A stretch of 64,000 nucleotides of DNA from Promethearchaeota archaeon (GTDB lineage: Archaea; Asgardarchaeota; Lokiarchaeia; Sigyniarchaeales; SOKP01), in the NCBI GenBank assembly GCA_048938855.1, contig JBHLLT010000002.1, positions 1-64,000 on the forward strand, written 5' to 3'. A program made the position numbers and the translations under genes. Positions 10,818 through 20,349 of the stretch are shown in pieces; within the stretch, counting starts at the first letter, position 1, and each line of letters opens with the position of its first letter. The notes beneath the pieces were generated by a model. The model ran no database searches. It was given only the letters and a program-made list of their open reading frames with translations, and was not told the DNA's origin.

Positions 10818-11429
10818 CTATATATTTTGCATTCGTGATTCAATCTCATCAAAATTAATATTATATTCTTCTCCTTTTGACACTACTTCTATCCATTCAG
10901 TTAACCATGGACAATGTTGAGGATTAAATTGGTCTAGATTAGTATCATTACATTTATCCCTAAAGGGACAAACAAAACATGGCTGTCTTGAGAACATATT
11001 CCATATAAAATCTTTATTATTTTTATTAATTTTTAGAATCTGGGCTTCTGCTTCAATTTCCTCAAGTGCAAAGATATGTTTAGTCCACGAAGCATCAACT
11101 AATTCTCGTTTCATTTTTATTTTTGACTGTAGAACTAAGAATTCTAATATTTCTTCTAGATCATTGCGTTGCATATTACTTAGTTCCATGAGTCTATTAA
11201 ATAATATATCTTTTTCTCGATTTATGATCGAAAGAACTGTTTTTTCATCTTTTCTCAAATTTCGGTTAAATTCTTTCTTTTTTTCTTCAATTCTTTCAAT
11301 TCTTCTCTCAACATCTGACTTTTCTTCTAAAGGTCCTTCAACACGCTCTTTAATTTTACACTTGTGACGAGATAAATAAGCAAAACTTTTCCCACAATAA
11401 GGACATGTTTCTTTTTTCTTCTTTGCCAT
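10818..11429 (-). CDS. TFE-beta / Rpc34-like protein (winged helix + C-terminal 4Fe-4S motif) with N-terminal zinc finger
   Basis: C-terminal PCFVCPFRDKC...NPQHCPWLTEW resembles the Rpc34/RPC39 Fe-S motif; N-terminal CPYCGKSFAYLSRHKC. Confidence 0.65.
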   Translation of the reverse strand: MAKKKKETCPYCGKSFAYLSRHKCKIKERVEGPLEEKSDVERRIERIEEKKKEFNRNLRKDEKTVLSIINREKDILFNRLMELSNMQRNDLEEILEFLVLQSKIKMKRELVDASWTKHIFALEEIEAEAQILKINKNNKDFIWNMFSRQPCFVCPFRDKCNDTNLDQFNPQHCPWLTEWIEVVSKGEEYNINFDEIESRMQNI

Positions 11430-11625
11430 ATTTTTTTAAGTATTACAATAATTTTCTAATTATTAAATTATTAATTTTTATAATTAAAAGCACTATGATA
11501 TAATCTTTATGAATATTTTAAAATTAATCTTTCGATTTTGTTCAATTTTCATAGAACTTCTTAGTGTATCTTATATGTGTAAAATCAAAGTCTATTTATA
11601 TTGAAAATTTCAATAATAAAGTATA

Positions 11626-12450
11626 ATGTCTATTAGCGAAATATTAGAAATTAAGGATAAACAAATTAAAAAAAAAAAAGAAATTCTTAATGCTTTAAAA
11701 GCTATTCAAAAATACAAGGACATTTTAACAACAGGTTCAAAGAATTTTGATGATGTATTAGGTGGTGGTTTTAATTCACTGACGAAATATCTAATCTTTG
11801 GAGCAAATAAGACTGGAAAAACCCAATTGTGTCATCAATTATGTGTTCAAGCGTATATTCAGTTCTCTAAAATTTTTGAAGATCAAAAACAGAGACGACA
11901 ATTTATATATTATTTTGATACAGAAAATACATTTCGTCCTGAACGGATTAAGGAATTACTTCTAAATAGTGATATTGAATATAAGGAATTACTTAAGAAA
12001 ATCATTGTGTCAAAAATTATGAGTAATTCAGCTTTACTGTTGTCATTAAAAGAATTTGAAAAATTTATAAAATTGAACCCTATCACCATACTAATTATTG
12101 ACACAATAAATAACCATTATAATTCTGAATTAGCGAATAAGGGAATATCTCCATATAATACTAGAAAAACATTTATAAAAATATTAGATAAGATTAACCA
12201 GTTTACCAAGGATTATAATTTGATTACCATAGCAACAGCTCAAGTAATCTCAAATTTAAATCGAGAATCTTCCATTAGAGCATTACCAAGTGGGAGTCAA
12301 TTATTAAATCAGTACTTTTCGGAATATTTATATTTAGATTATAAAGAACAAGATAAGAGATATGTTCAATTAGTTAATTCTTTAAGATTACCTGAAAAAA
12401 GGTTACTCTATAAAATTACTTCTTCTGGAATTCAAGATTATAAATTTTGA
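11626..12450 (+). CDS. RadA paralog (RecA-superfamily ATPase lacking the N-terminal HhH domain)
   Basis: LTTGSKNFDDVLGGG, GANKTGKTQLCHQLCV, DTENTFRPER. Confidence 0.85.
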   Translation: MSISEILEIKDKQIKKKKEILNALKAIQKYKDILTTGSKNFDDVLGGGFNSLTKYLIFGANKTGKTQLCHQLCVQAYIQFSKIFEDQKQRRQFIYYFDTENTFRPERIKELLLNSDIEYKELLKKIIVSKIMSNSALLLSLKEFEKFIKLNPITILIIDTINNHYNSELANKGISPYNTRKTFIKILDKINQFTKDYNLITIATAQVISNLNRESSIRALPSGSQLLNQYFSEYLYLDYKEQDKRYVQLVNSLRLPEKRLLYKITSSGIQDYKF

Positions 12451-13274
12451 TTTATATCTAAAAATTCTTCTATTGAAAGATTTGTAATATCTTTCAATAA
12501 ATACTCAGAATTAACGAATTTAATTTCATTGTCTATTTTATTTCTTATCCATTTTATTAATAATAATGCGTAATTTAGCTTTTTAATTTTTTCAGGACTT
12601 GCATTTTGACTTTTCTCTATATTCAACTTTGAATATTTACCTATTATGTTTCCAAAATCCATTCCAATGAGGTATATACGGTGAAATGAAGAAAGTAATG
12701 ACTTTATGAAAAAAAGTATTCGATCCCCATCAGTAAATCCTCCAGGATTGACTAAATTTATGTTTGGCTCTACTTGGGTTGTACCTATTATATTTTTAAA
12801 TTGTAATATTTCATGCTTGAATAACTTCAGTGTTTTTAGATTATCTCCATGTGCATGAACAATATTAAAGTTTGCCCAATGAAACTCAGATTTTGATATA
12901 CCATCCAAATCAGTAAATATTGCATCGATCTTAATACCCTTTTCTTTTAATAGAACCGAAGCTCCATCTGCAGTCAAATTTATAAATCCATTGAAAAATT
13001 CCAATCCCTTTCTTTTCAATATAATTTCAATTGTCGATTCTAAAGATGGACCACATCCATAAATAATCACTATGTTTTTCGATGATATTTGAGCTTTAAA
13101 TAAATCTAGTACTTGTTCTAGGTGCCAATTCTTTTTTTTTTTAAGTAATGATGATAAATAATCCCGAGACTTACAATCCTTTTGATAACTAAATTTAAAA
13201 TCTTTAATTATCTTAAAATACCACTCTTTAAATTCCTCATAGAAATCAATTTCTTTCTTTATTTTTATAGCCAA
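12438..13274 (-). CDS. mptE: 6-hydroxymethyl-7,8-dihydropterin pyrophosphokinase MptE-like (DUF115)
   Basis: GCGPSL, ADGA, TDLDG, HAHGDN, GTTQ, GGFTDGDR, GMDFG. Confidence 0.85.
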   Translation of the reverse strand: MAIKIKKEIDFYEEFKEWYFKIIKDFKFSYQKDCKSRDYLSSLLKKKKNWHLEQVLDLFKAQISSKNIVIIYGCGPSLESTIEIILKRKGLEFFNGFINLTADGASVLLKEKGIKIDAIFTDLDGISKSEFHWANFNIVHAHGDNLKTLKLFKHEILQFKNIIGTTQVEPNINLVNPGGFTDGDRILFFIKSLLSSFHRIYLIGMDFGNIIGKYSKLNIEKSQNASPEKIKKLNYALLLIKWIRNKIDNEIKFVNSEYLLKDITNLSIEEFLDINQNL

Positions 13275-13403
13275 CTTTTAGATCATTTAATTGAATTTAT
13301 CTGAATAATAAAATTTTAAATTATTATCTTAATTAATAAAAAACATACGATATAATTCAATTTTATTAGAAAACATAATTAAGTTAAAAAGAGTTAGATA
13401 AAA

Positions 13404-13796
13404 ATGACTAAATGGTTTACCAAAACTCATCAATGGTTTGATGATGCGACTAAAATGGTTGGAATTACCCCTTATGCTGCAGAACAGCTTGGAGAAATCA
13501 GCTTTGTTGATGTGGAAGGCTTAGAAGGTGCTGAACTTGAACAAGTAAAAATGGACGGAGACGAACCTTCAAGTGATCCAATTGATTGCACTGTTGAATC
13601 AAGTAAAGCTGTTGGTGATATTTACTCACCTGTCAGTGGGAGTGTAACTGAAATTAATTCAGATTTAATGGATGAGCCTGAAAAAATAAATGAAGATGCT
13701 TTTACAGCCTGGCTCTTTAAAATTGAACCATCAAATTGGGATGCAGAAAAGAGCAATTTATTAGATGAAGCAGGATATAATGCATTTATAGGGTAG
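13404..13796 (+). CDS. gcvH: Glycine cleavage system H-family lipoyl carrier
   Basis: VGITPYAAEQLGEI and VESSKAVGDIYSPVSG with the lipoyl-lysine. Confidence 0.92.
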   Translation: MTKWFTKTHQWFDDATKMVGITPYAAEQLGEISFVDVEGLEGAELEQVKMDGDEPSSDPIDCTVESSKAVGDIYSPVSGSVTEINSDLMDEPEKINEDAFTAWLFKIEPSNWDAEKSNLLDEAGYNAFIG

Positions 13797-13903
13797 TAAA
13801 TGATTAAGTTTTAAATTTATATTTTTTTAAAAATACTTTTTCTTTTTTTTGTTTGTAAAAAGGAATTCAATGGATGTATAAATTAGAGTAGTAGTATCTA
13901 TAT

Positions 13904-14407
13904 TTATTGAATTGTCCCTGCCTTAACACCAATCATATACTGAAGTAATATAAATGTTAAAACGATTATTAACAATCCAATTCCTAAGATCCAAATCGCC
14001 ATTTTTTTGTTATAAACATATTTAGATGCTTGATAGAGCATTATAAATCCTGTAGAACAAAAAAATATCAAAACAGAGGCAACAATACTTTCTATAATAT
14101 AACTATCATGTATATCTTGAAAGATAAAAACAGGATCTCCTTGTTGTGTAGCTCCTAGTGCGGAAGGATCTCTTACTATTAAATAGACTACACCCATCTG
14201 AAGTATAAATAAGACTATAAGGATAGCTATTATGCTTAAAGATCTTGACGGCATTGGAAGAGAAATTCGTGGAAGATTCATATTTGGAAAGTTAATTTTT
14301 GGCTTTCTTAATGAATTTCCGAAAATCCAAGGAGTCTTAGTTCTGATTTTTTCCATAACTGTTTCAGAACCAATTATTTCCTCTTTCTTAGATGTGTTTT
14401 TTTGCAT
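13904..14407 (-). CDS. OST3/OST6-family membrane protein resembling eukaryotic OSTC/DC2
   Basis: Three TM helices; GVVYLIVRDPSALG and SYIIESIVASVLIFFCSTGFIML parallel OSTC GIIYDVIVEPPSVG and [23 protein letters not shown] (recalled sequence). Confidence 0.7.
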   Translation of the reverse strand: MQKNTSKKEEIIGSETVMEKIRTKTPWIFGNSLRKPKINFPNMNLPRISLPMPSRSLSIIAILIVLFILQMGVVYLIVRDPSALGATQQGDPVFIFQDIHDSYIIESIVASVLIFFCSTGFIMLYQASKYVYNKKMAIWILGIGLLIIVLTFILLQYMIGVKAGTIQ

Positions 14408-14476
14408 AAATTATGAAATAATTATTAAATTATATTTATTAACTTTTTTAATTAATTTTGGACCATATGTGATTTT

Positions 14477-15973
14477 CTAACTTATCCTTTTAAGTAAATT
14501 AAGTAATACTTTCCACACATTTGCAACAGATTGAACCTTTAATCTTTCATCTGGAGAATGAGCGCCTTCATTTGTAGGTCCAATTGAAATCATTTCCATT
14601 TTAGGAAACTTTTTTTTCAAAATTCCACACTCTAAACCAGCGTGAATAGCTTTAATTTTTACATCACCTTTAAAAATCTCCTGATAAACATCCTTATAAT
14701 TAGCTAATAATTTAGATTGAAAATTTGGTGTCCAACCAGGATAATCGGAATCTTTTTTTATATTAATTTCTAAATTACTTAATTCAAAAAGAGTTTTAGA
14801 TTTCTCCCAGATTACATATTTGAAATATTCACTTAAACTTCTTTGGCTTAATTTAATTATAATTTTATCGATTTCAGTATTTATTACACCAAAATTGGAA
14901 GACGTGAATACTAGATCTTTTATCCGAGGGTGCATTGAGATGGGACCGTTATGGAGTAAATACATTATATTTAAGAGATTATCTTGAAGATTTTTTGACA
15001 TTACAACTGTATTGGGATACCCTTCTAATTCTTTTATAGATAAATCTAAATTTAGTTCAATACCATCAAAAATAACCAAGATTTCATTAAAAAGGTTATA
15101 AATAAAGGTTAGAATCTCTGACTTCTTGCTTTTTTCAACATAAAAAATAGATGAAGCTTCTCTTGGAATAGCATTAGTTCGATTACCTCCATCAATTGAA
15201 CAAATTCTGAATGAATATTTTTCATTTAACTCCCAAAGAATTTGTCCGATTATTTTTAATGCGTTCCCTCTTCCTAAATGAATATCTACTCCAGAATGAC
15301 CTCCTAATAACCCAGAGATAAAAATCTTTATTGGTATTAATTTTTTTTCTTGAACATTGATTTCTATAGATTCTTTTTTTATATCAATTATGTGAACTAA
15401 ACCACCTGCACATCCTATGGTTACAGAATCATCCTCTTCAGAGTCAAGGTTTATAAGAAAATCTCCATCTATAAAATCATTTTCAACCGCAAAAGCACCC
15501 CGTAAGCCTTGTTCTTCATCCACAGTAAATAATAAATCTAATCCTAATGAATTGAAATCCAATTCTCCTCTATAAATCTTTTTCATTAGAGTTAACATAT
15601 AACATATTCCTACTCCATTATCTGCGCCAAGTGTTGTTCCTTCCGCTGTAATCCATTTATCGTTATCAATTTCTTCAATTTTTAACTTTAATGGATCTTT
15701 CGAAAAATCATGAGTCACAGATTCATTCTTTTCACAAACCATATCCATATGGCATTGTAGAACGCAATTCTTTATTTGTTTTGCTTTAGTGGGAATACTG
15801 ATTAGAAGATTTCCAATAGAATCAGTCTTATAATTAAAGCCAAAACTCTCTGCTTCTTCTTTTAAAAATGTTCTAATTTTCCCTTCATGTTCAGAACATC
15901 GAGGAATTTTAGAAACTTTTTCAAAATATTCCCAAAATTCAAAAGGTTCTCCTAACTCTTTTAAATTTGGCAA
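14477..15973 (-). CDS. pepD: Aminoacyl-histidine dipeptidase (peptidase M20C)
   Basis: LQCHMDMVC, TTLGADNG, DEEQG, NLDSE, GGHSG, IHAGLECG, HSPDE. Confidence 0.93.
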   Translation of the reverse strand: MPNLKELGEPFEFWEYFEKVSKIPRCSEHEGKIRTFLKEEAESFGFNYKTDSIGNLLISIPTKAKQIKNCVLQCHMDMVCEKNESVTHDFSKDPLKLKIEEIDNDKWITAEGTTLGADNGVGICYMLTLMKKIYRGELDFNSLGLDLLFTVDEEQGLRGAFAVENDFIDGDFLINLDSEEDDSVTIGCAGGLVHIIDIKKESIEINVQEKKLIPIKIFISGLLGGHSGVDIHLGRGNALKIIGQILWELNEKYSFRICSIDGGNRTNAIPREASSIFYVEKSKKSEILTFIYNLFNEILVIFDGIELNLDLSIKELEGYPNTVVMSKNLQDNLLNIMYLLHNGPISMHPRIKDLVFTSSNFGVINTEIDKIIIKLSQRSLSEYFKYVIWEKSKTLFELSNLEINIKKDSDYPGWTPNFQSKLLANYKDVYQEIFKGDVKIKAIHAGLECGILKKKFPKMEMISIGPTNEGAHSPDERLKVQSVANVWKVLLNLLKRIS

Positions 15974-16069
15974 AATTATCCCTTTTAATCAAAATATATA
16001 TATTAATTCAATTATAATAATTATAAAATAACACTAAATTCTTTATAACTTTATTTAAAGGCTAATCGA

Positions 16070-17200
16070 ATGAGCTGGAAGGATCTTTATTCGGAAGTAA
16101 AGAAACGAAAAATGGAAGCACTTAATAAAAAAGATGTAGTGCAAGCTGTTGAAAAACATGGAAAAATCTTAGCAGTTAATGGGAGATATGAAAAACCTAA
16201 AAAAGTAATAGAACACATGTATGCATCATTAAAAAAAGTCATTAGAGAAAAAGACATTTTGAAAGAAGATTTATCTCAATATGATGTTTTACTTATTGGA
16301 TGTCCGGGGAGCGATATACCACATGCATCTTATCCAAAGGTTAAAGATTTTGTAATGAATGGTGGATGGTTAATTACAACTGATTGGGCTATACAAAGCA
16401 TTGTTGAAAATATATTTCCTGGCTTTATTCGCTGGAATCGCGAAAGAACTGCCGATGCAGTAGTTGCATGTCAAATTATAGATCCAAATCATCCTTTTTT
16501 GGAAGGTGTACTTAGTGAAATTCAACAAAGCAAGTGGCAAAAACAAACAGTTAAAAACACAAAGAAAAATGAGTTTAGATGGTGGTTAGAAACAAGATCT
16601 TTTCCAATACAAATTTTAAACCCTCAAGATGTTAGAGTTTTAATTGGTTCTTGGGAAATTCAAAATAAATGGGGAGAATCTCCTGTCCTTGTTGAGTTTG
16701 ATTACGGTAAGATGGGAGGACGAGTAATCCATATGATTAGCCATACTCATTTACAAAAAGGTGGAACGAAAGGAAAATATGCTTCAGCTCTAATCCTTAC
16801 AAATATTTTAGACGAGAAAGTCTCTCAAAAAATGGGGATTTCAAAAAAACCAGCGCCGGGTTATGTTTCTAATTGGCAAACATCGTTTACCTCACCTCAA
16901 CAACAATATCAACCACCTCTTGAAGAACAATGGGTTTCACCAATAGAACAGACAGATTATTTAACACCATCTACAGGAGGGAGTGGTTTAACAGAGACTT
17001 CTCAAATAATTGAAGCAAATGTAAATAGTACAGACTTTTCATATACTAATAAATGTGCATATTGTGATTATGACTTTACTGAATATAAGGGAAAAATTTA
17101 TCTTTGTCAAGCCTGTCATGCACAATACCATGAAAATTGTATCAACTCCCAAATTAATGAAGGTATATGTAAAAAGTGTGGTAGAATTTTGCTCTGGTAA
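16070..17200 (+). CDS. Hypothetical protein: class I glutamine amidotransferase-like domain, Q/P-rich linker and C-terminal C4HC3 zinc finger
   Basis: YDVLLIGCPG...FVMNGGWLITTDWA; C-terminal CAYC..CQAC..H..C..CKKC. Confidence 0.55.
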   Translation: MSWKDLYSEVKKRKMEALNKKDVVQAVEKHGKILAVNGRYEKPKKVIEHMYASLKKVIREKDILKEDLSQYDVLLIGCPGSDIPHASYPKVKDFVMNGGWLITTDWAIQSIVENIFPGFIRWNRERTADAVVACQIIDPNHPFLEGVLSEIQQSKWQKQTVKNTKKNEFRWWLETRSFPIQILNPQDVRVLIGSWEIQNKWGESPVLVEFDYGKMGGRVIHMISHTHLQKGGTKGKYASALILTNILDEKVSQKMGISKKPAPGYVSNWQTSFTSPQQQYQPPLEEQWVSPIEQTDYLTPSTGGSGLTETSQIIEANVNSTDFSYTNKCAYCDYDFTEYKGKIYLCQACHAQYHENCINSQINEGICKKCGRILLW

Positions 17201-17273
17201 AAATTGAAATTACTTTAAGGATGAAAAACAATAAAAAATAAAAAAAAGAATATATAATTTCTGATTATAAAAG

Positions 17274-17471
17274 TTAGTTTTCTATAATTTCTATTGCCTC
17301 TTCAGAACATTGAGTTTCACAAGCCCTGCATCCTACACAATCTTCTCTGTTTTCTTCAATAACATTTACTTTACCTCCCTCAGGTTCACCAAAACATTCA
17401 GAAGGGCAAACTTCATAACAAGTACCACATCCACTGCATGCGTCTAAATCTATTTTTATTTCGAAGGACAT
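17274..17471 (-). CDS. 2x[4Fe-4S] ferredoxin
   Basis: CSGCGTCYEVCP and CVGCRACETQC. Confidence 0.93.
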   Translation of the reverse strand: MSFEIKIDLDACSGCGTCYEVCPSECFGEPEGGKVNVIEENREDCVGCRACETQCSEEAIEIIEN

Positions 17472-17646
17472 AATTTTTTAGCTCCTTATTGTACTAATTT
17501 CTTATTTTTTGATTATTATTATAATAATACTAACTTAGATAATAATATAAAAAATTTAAATTTCGTTTTTATTAAGTTAAATTATCAAATAATTATTATT
17601 TTTTTAATATAAATCGAATTGCATAATTTCAAATTATTAATAGACA

Positions 17647-18759
17647 TTGCAAGCTAAAAAACTCTGGACTTATAATTATAATGAACCAATTCTAGGTTTT
17701 CAATTAGCAGATATTAATAATAATGGACAAGTAGAAATTATTACTTATAATAAAACAGGAAATATATTTTTTATTTCCCTAGATGGCCATTTAATACATA
17801 AAGAATCAATTTCAAAAGATATACCAATATGGCATTTAAAAGTATTTAATATTGATAACACTGGAGAAAAAATATTAATTTTAGGCGGAATGGATGGAAT
17901 ATTAAGAACTTTTAAATGTGATTTAACATATAATTTGCACAGTTTATGGACCCATAAGTTTTATTCATCAATAAGTGGAATCCTTATAGAAGACATTAAT
18001 GGTGATGAGATTAATGAAATCATTACATTTTCTCTCGATAAAACAATAAGGATTTTAAACCCTTTAAGCGGAGACTTAATTTGGGGACAAGTTTTTCAAG
18101 ATGGTATTGGAGATGTAGCTATTTTTAAGCAAAATAAAAATTTAATTCTAGGAGCAGGAAATGACGGTACAATACGAATTTTTAATGGTCTTGATGGAAA
18201 ACTAGTATGGTTTAAGGAATTTTCTGATAAGATGCGATGTGTTAATTTTTTATATTCAACTAAAGGATTGGTAATATTATGTGGTGGCGATGATAAGAAC
18301 TTACATTTTATAGATGAAAAAACACAAAATGAATTCAAAACAGAAGAATTTGAAAATTATATATGGAAATGCAAATCTTACCCCTCTCAAAAATGCTCAA
18401 ATGCTATAATTAGTTCTTACTCTTTTGATTATTTCTATGATTCAATACCAATTGAAGATATACAATTCTCATCAAAAATTGTATGCATTAATGAAAATCT
18501 TGAATATAATTGGGAATTTATGGGTTTAAATACTGAATGCCTTAATATCATTGATAATTTTGATAGAATTATTATTTGTGTAGGTACAACTAAAGGAGAG
18601 CTTATAATAATAGAAGAAAAAAATGGGGGGATTCTTTTCAAAACAAAATATGAGGCATGTTTAAATTCTATTCAGTTTAATGTGGAAAAAAATATCTTAT
18701 ATTGTTCCTATGATGATGGTACTCTGAGTGCGTTCGACATTACAGAGATTGTATCTTAA
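17647..18759 (+). CDS. WD40/FG-GAP-like beta-propeller protein
   Basis: Repeated G.DG.(I/L)R.F blades, DINNNGQVEI and DINGDEINEI loops, Trp-terminated repeats. Confidence 0.7.
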   Translation: MQAKKLWTYNYNEPILGFQLADINNNGQVEIITYNKTGNIFFISLDGHLIHKESISKDIPIWHLKVFNIDNTGEKILILGGMDGILRTFKCDLTYNLHSLWTHKFYSSISGILIEDINGDEINEIITFSLDKTIRILNPLSGDLIWGQVFQDGIGDVAIFKQNKNLILGAGNDGTIRIFNGLDGKLVWFKEFSDKMRCVNFLYSTKGLVILCGGDDKNLHFIDEKTQNEFKTEEFENYIWKCKSYPSQKCSNAIISSYSFDYFYDSIPIEDIQFSSKIVCINENLEYNWEFMGLNTECLNIIDNFDRIIICVGTTKGELIIIEEKNGGILFKTKYEACLNSIQFNVEKNILYCSYDDGTLSAFDITEIVS

Positions 18760-18837
18760 AAGAAAAGGGCTCACTACTTTTTTTGAAATATATACTTATA
18801 TTAATAAAATGGAAAAAAAAATAAAAAATTGAATTTA

Positions 18838-19146
18838 TTAATCTTCTTCGGAAGCTAATTCCTCCTCTAGCTCCTCGAGTGGGACAGGCGCAGGAGTTGT
18901 CAACATACTATATCCAATCCAAATGGCAATAACTGAAATTAAAATTACAAGAAGCCACATAGGAGCAACAACAAATAATCTCCAATCAAGCCAATCAATA
19001 CCAAATAAACGAGCCCATAAATCCCAATTAGGGTTATTAAAAAGAGCATCCATCATCAAATCGACAACGCTACCCATTGTATAAATAATTGCGATTAAGA
19101 TGCCCACTACCATAACTATAGCCCCAATTATCTTATCTTTAGCCAT
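18838..19146 (-). CDS. Small two-TM membrane protein, possibly DPM2-like
   Basis: DKIIG..IIYT first helix, P...IWIGYSMLTTPAP second helix, acidic tail. Confidence 0.5.
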   Translation of the reverse strand: MAKDKIIGAIVMVVGILIAIIYTMGSVVDLMMDALFNNPNWDLWARLFGIDWLDWRLFVVAPMWLLVILISVIAIWIGYSMLTTPAPVPLEELEEELASEED

Positions 19147-19259
19147 TTTTATAACCGTTTTAAATTTTATTTTTTATCAATTTTATTTTAATTCTGAAAG
19201 AAGTTAAGCATCTAATATTTGCTTAATATAATTCTAAAAAAATTATTCAATTAAAACCA

Positions 19260-19283
19260 TTCGATCAATATTAGTTGATCGAA
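19260..19283. promoter_or_regulatory. Perfect 9-bp inverted repeat between divergent genes (candidate operator)
   Basis: TTCGATCAA-tattag-TTGATCGAA. Confidence 0.45.
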
Positions 19284-19366
19284 AGAATGATATTATGATG
19301 ATAAATAAATAGAAAATATAGATGCAAGTAAAAACTTAAAAATTGGTATAATTAAGTGACATTTTA

Positions 19367-20326
19367 ATGACAGAGGAAATGGAATATGTTCTAATAGTTG
19401 GTTCAAGTAATATGGACCTAAATATTTATTCCAAACGTTTTCCTAATCCCGGAGAAACCGTGACAGGAGGATTTTATAAGCAATTTTTGGGAGGAAAAGG
19501 GGCCAATCAGGCTATAGCTTCGACAAGATCGGGAACTAAGACTATTTTTATAGGAAAGGTTGGTACTGATTTATTTGGAGATCAAATGATTTCTAGATTA
19601 CAAAATGAAGGTGTAATTACTGATTATATCATTAGAGATTCCTTAAATCCTAGTGGTGTAGCATTCATACTAATTGATGAAAACGGAGAAAACATGATAA
19701 GTGTGGCTCCTGGAGCTAACGCTAAATTAAATAAAGAAGATATAAATAATGTAAAAGAAGTAATTAAAAAAGCAAAAACAATTGTAGTACAAATGGAAAT
19801 TCCTATTGATATAATTCAACAAATTTTTACAATAGCATCTCAGGGAAAAACTCTAAAAATTTTAAATCCTGCTCCATTAAAACCAATCCCAATTGAAATT
19901 TTACAGAATATTGATATAATAATACCTAATGAAGGCGAGTTATACAGATTACACTCACTTTTAAATCTCAAAAATTTAACAGGACAAGGAAAGGAGAAGA
20001 TCTTACAAGCAGCAGAAGATATTTCAAATTTTGGAGTAAAATTTATTATAGTTACCTTAGGGAAAAAAGGTTGTCTAATGTTTCAAGGTAAAGATAAAGA
20101 ATATTTTGAAATTGTTTCACCAAAAGTCAAAGCGGTAGATACTGTTGGTGCTGGAGATTGTTTTATTGGTGTTTTAGCAAGTTTATTAACTAAGGATGAG
20201 GAAATATTAACTGCAGTTAAACTGGCAACGATAGCTGCCTCAATTGCTGTTACCAGAAAGGGTGCTCAGGATTCTATACCTTTCTTAAATGAGATTCAAG
20301 AAAAATTTAATAAATTAAAAATTTAA
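19367..20326 (+). CDS. rbsK: Ribokinase
   Basis: GSSNMD, GGKGANQA, PNEGE, DTVGAGDCF. Confidence 0.93.
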   Translation: MTEEMEYVLIVGSSNMDLNIYSKRFPNPGETVTGGFYKQFLGGKGANQAIASTRSGTKTIFIGKVGTDLFGDQMISRLQNEGVITDYIIRDSLNPSGVAFILIDENGENMISVAPGANAKLNKEDINNVKEVIKKAKTIVVQMEIPIDIIQQIFTIASQGKTLKILNPAPLKPIPIEILQNIDIIIPNEGELYRLHSLLNLKNLTGQGKEKILQAAEDISNFGVKFIIVTLGKKGCLMFQGKDKEYFEIVSPKVKAVDTVGAGDCFIGVLASLLTKDEEILTAVKLATIAASIAVTRKGAQDSIPFLNEIQEKFNKLKI

Positions 20327-20349
20327 AAAAAATTAAGAGATTAACTTAC

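Noticed and set aside
11668-11679. A12 run in the radA paralog (similar runs in mptE and hxlR) as phase-variation sites
   Set aside because: Frames are intact and the runs encode poly-Lys, as expected in such an AT-rich genome.
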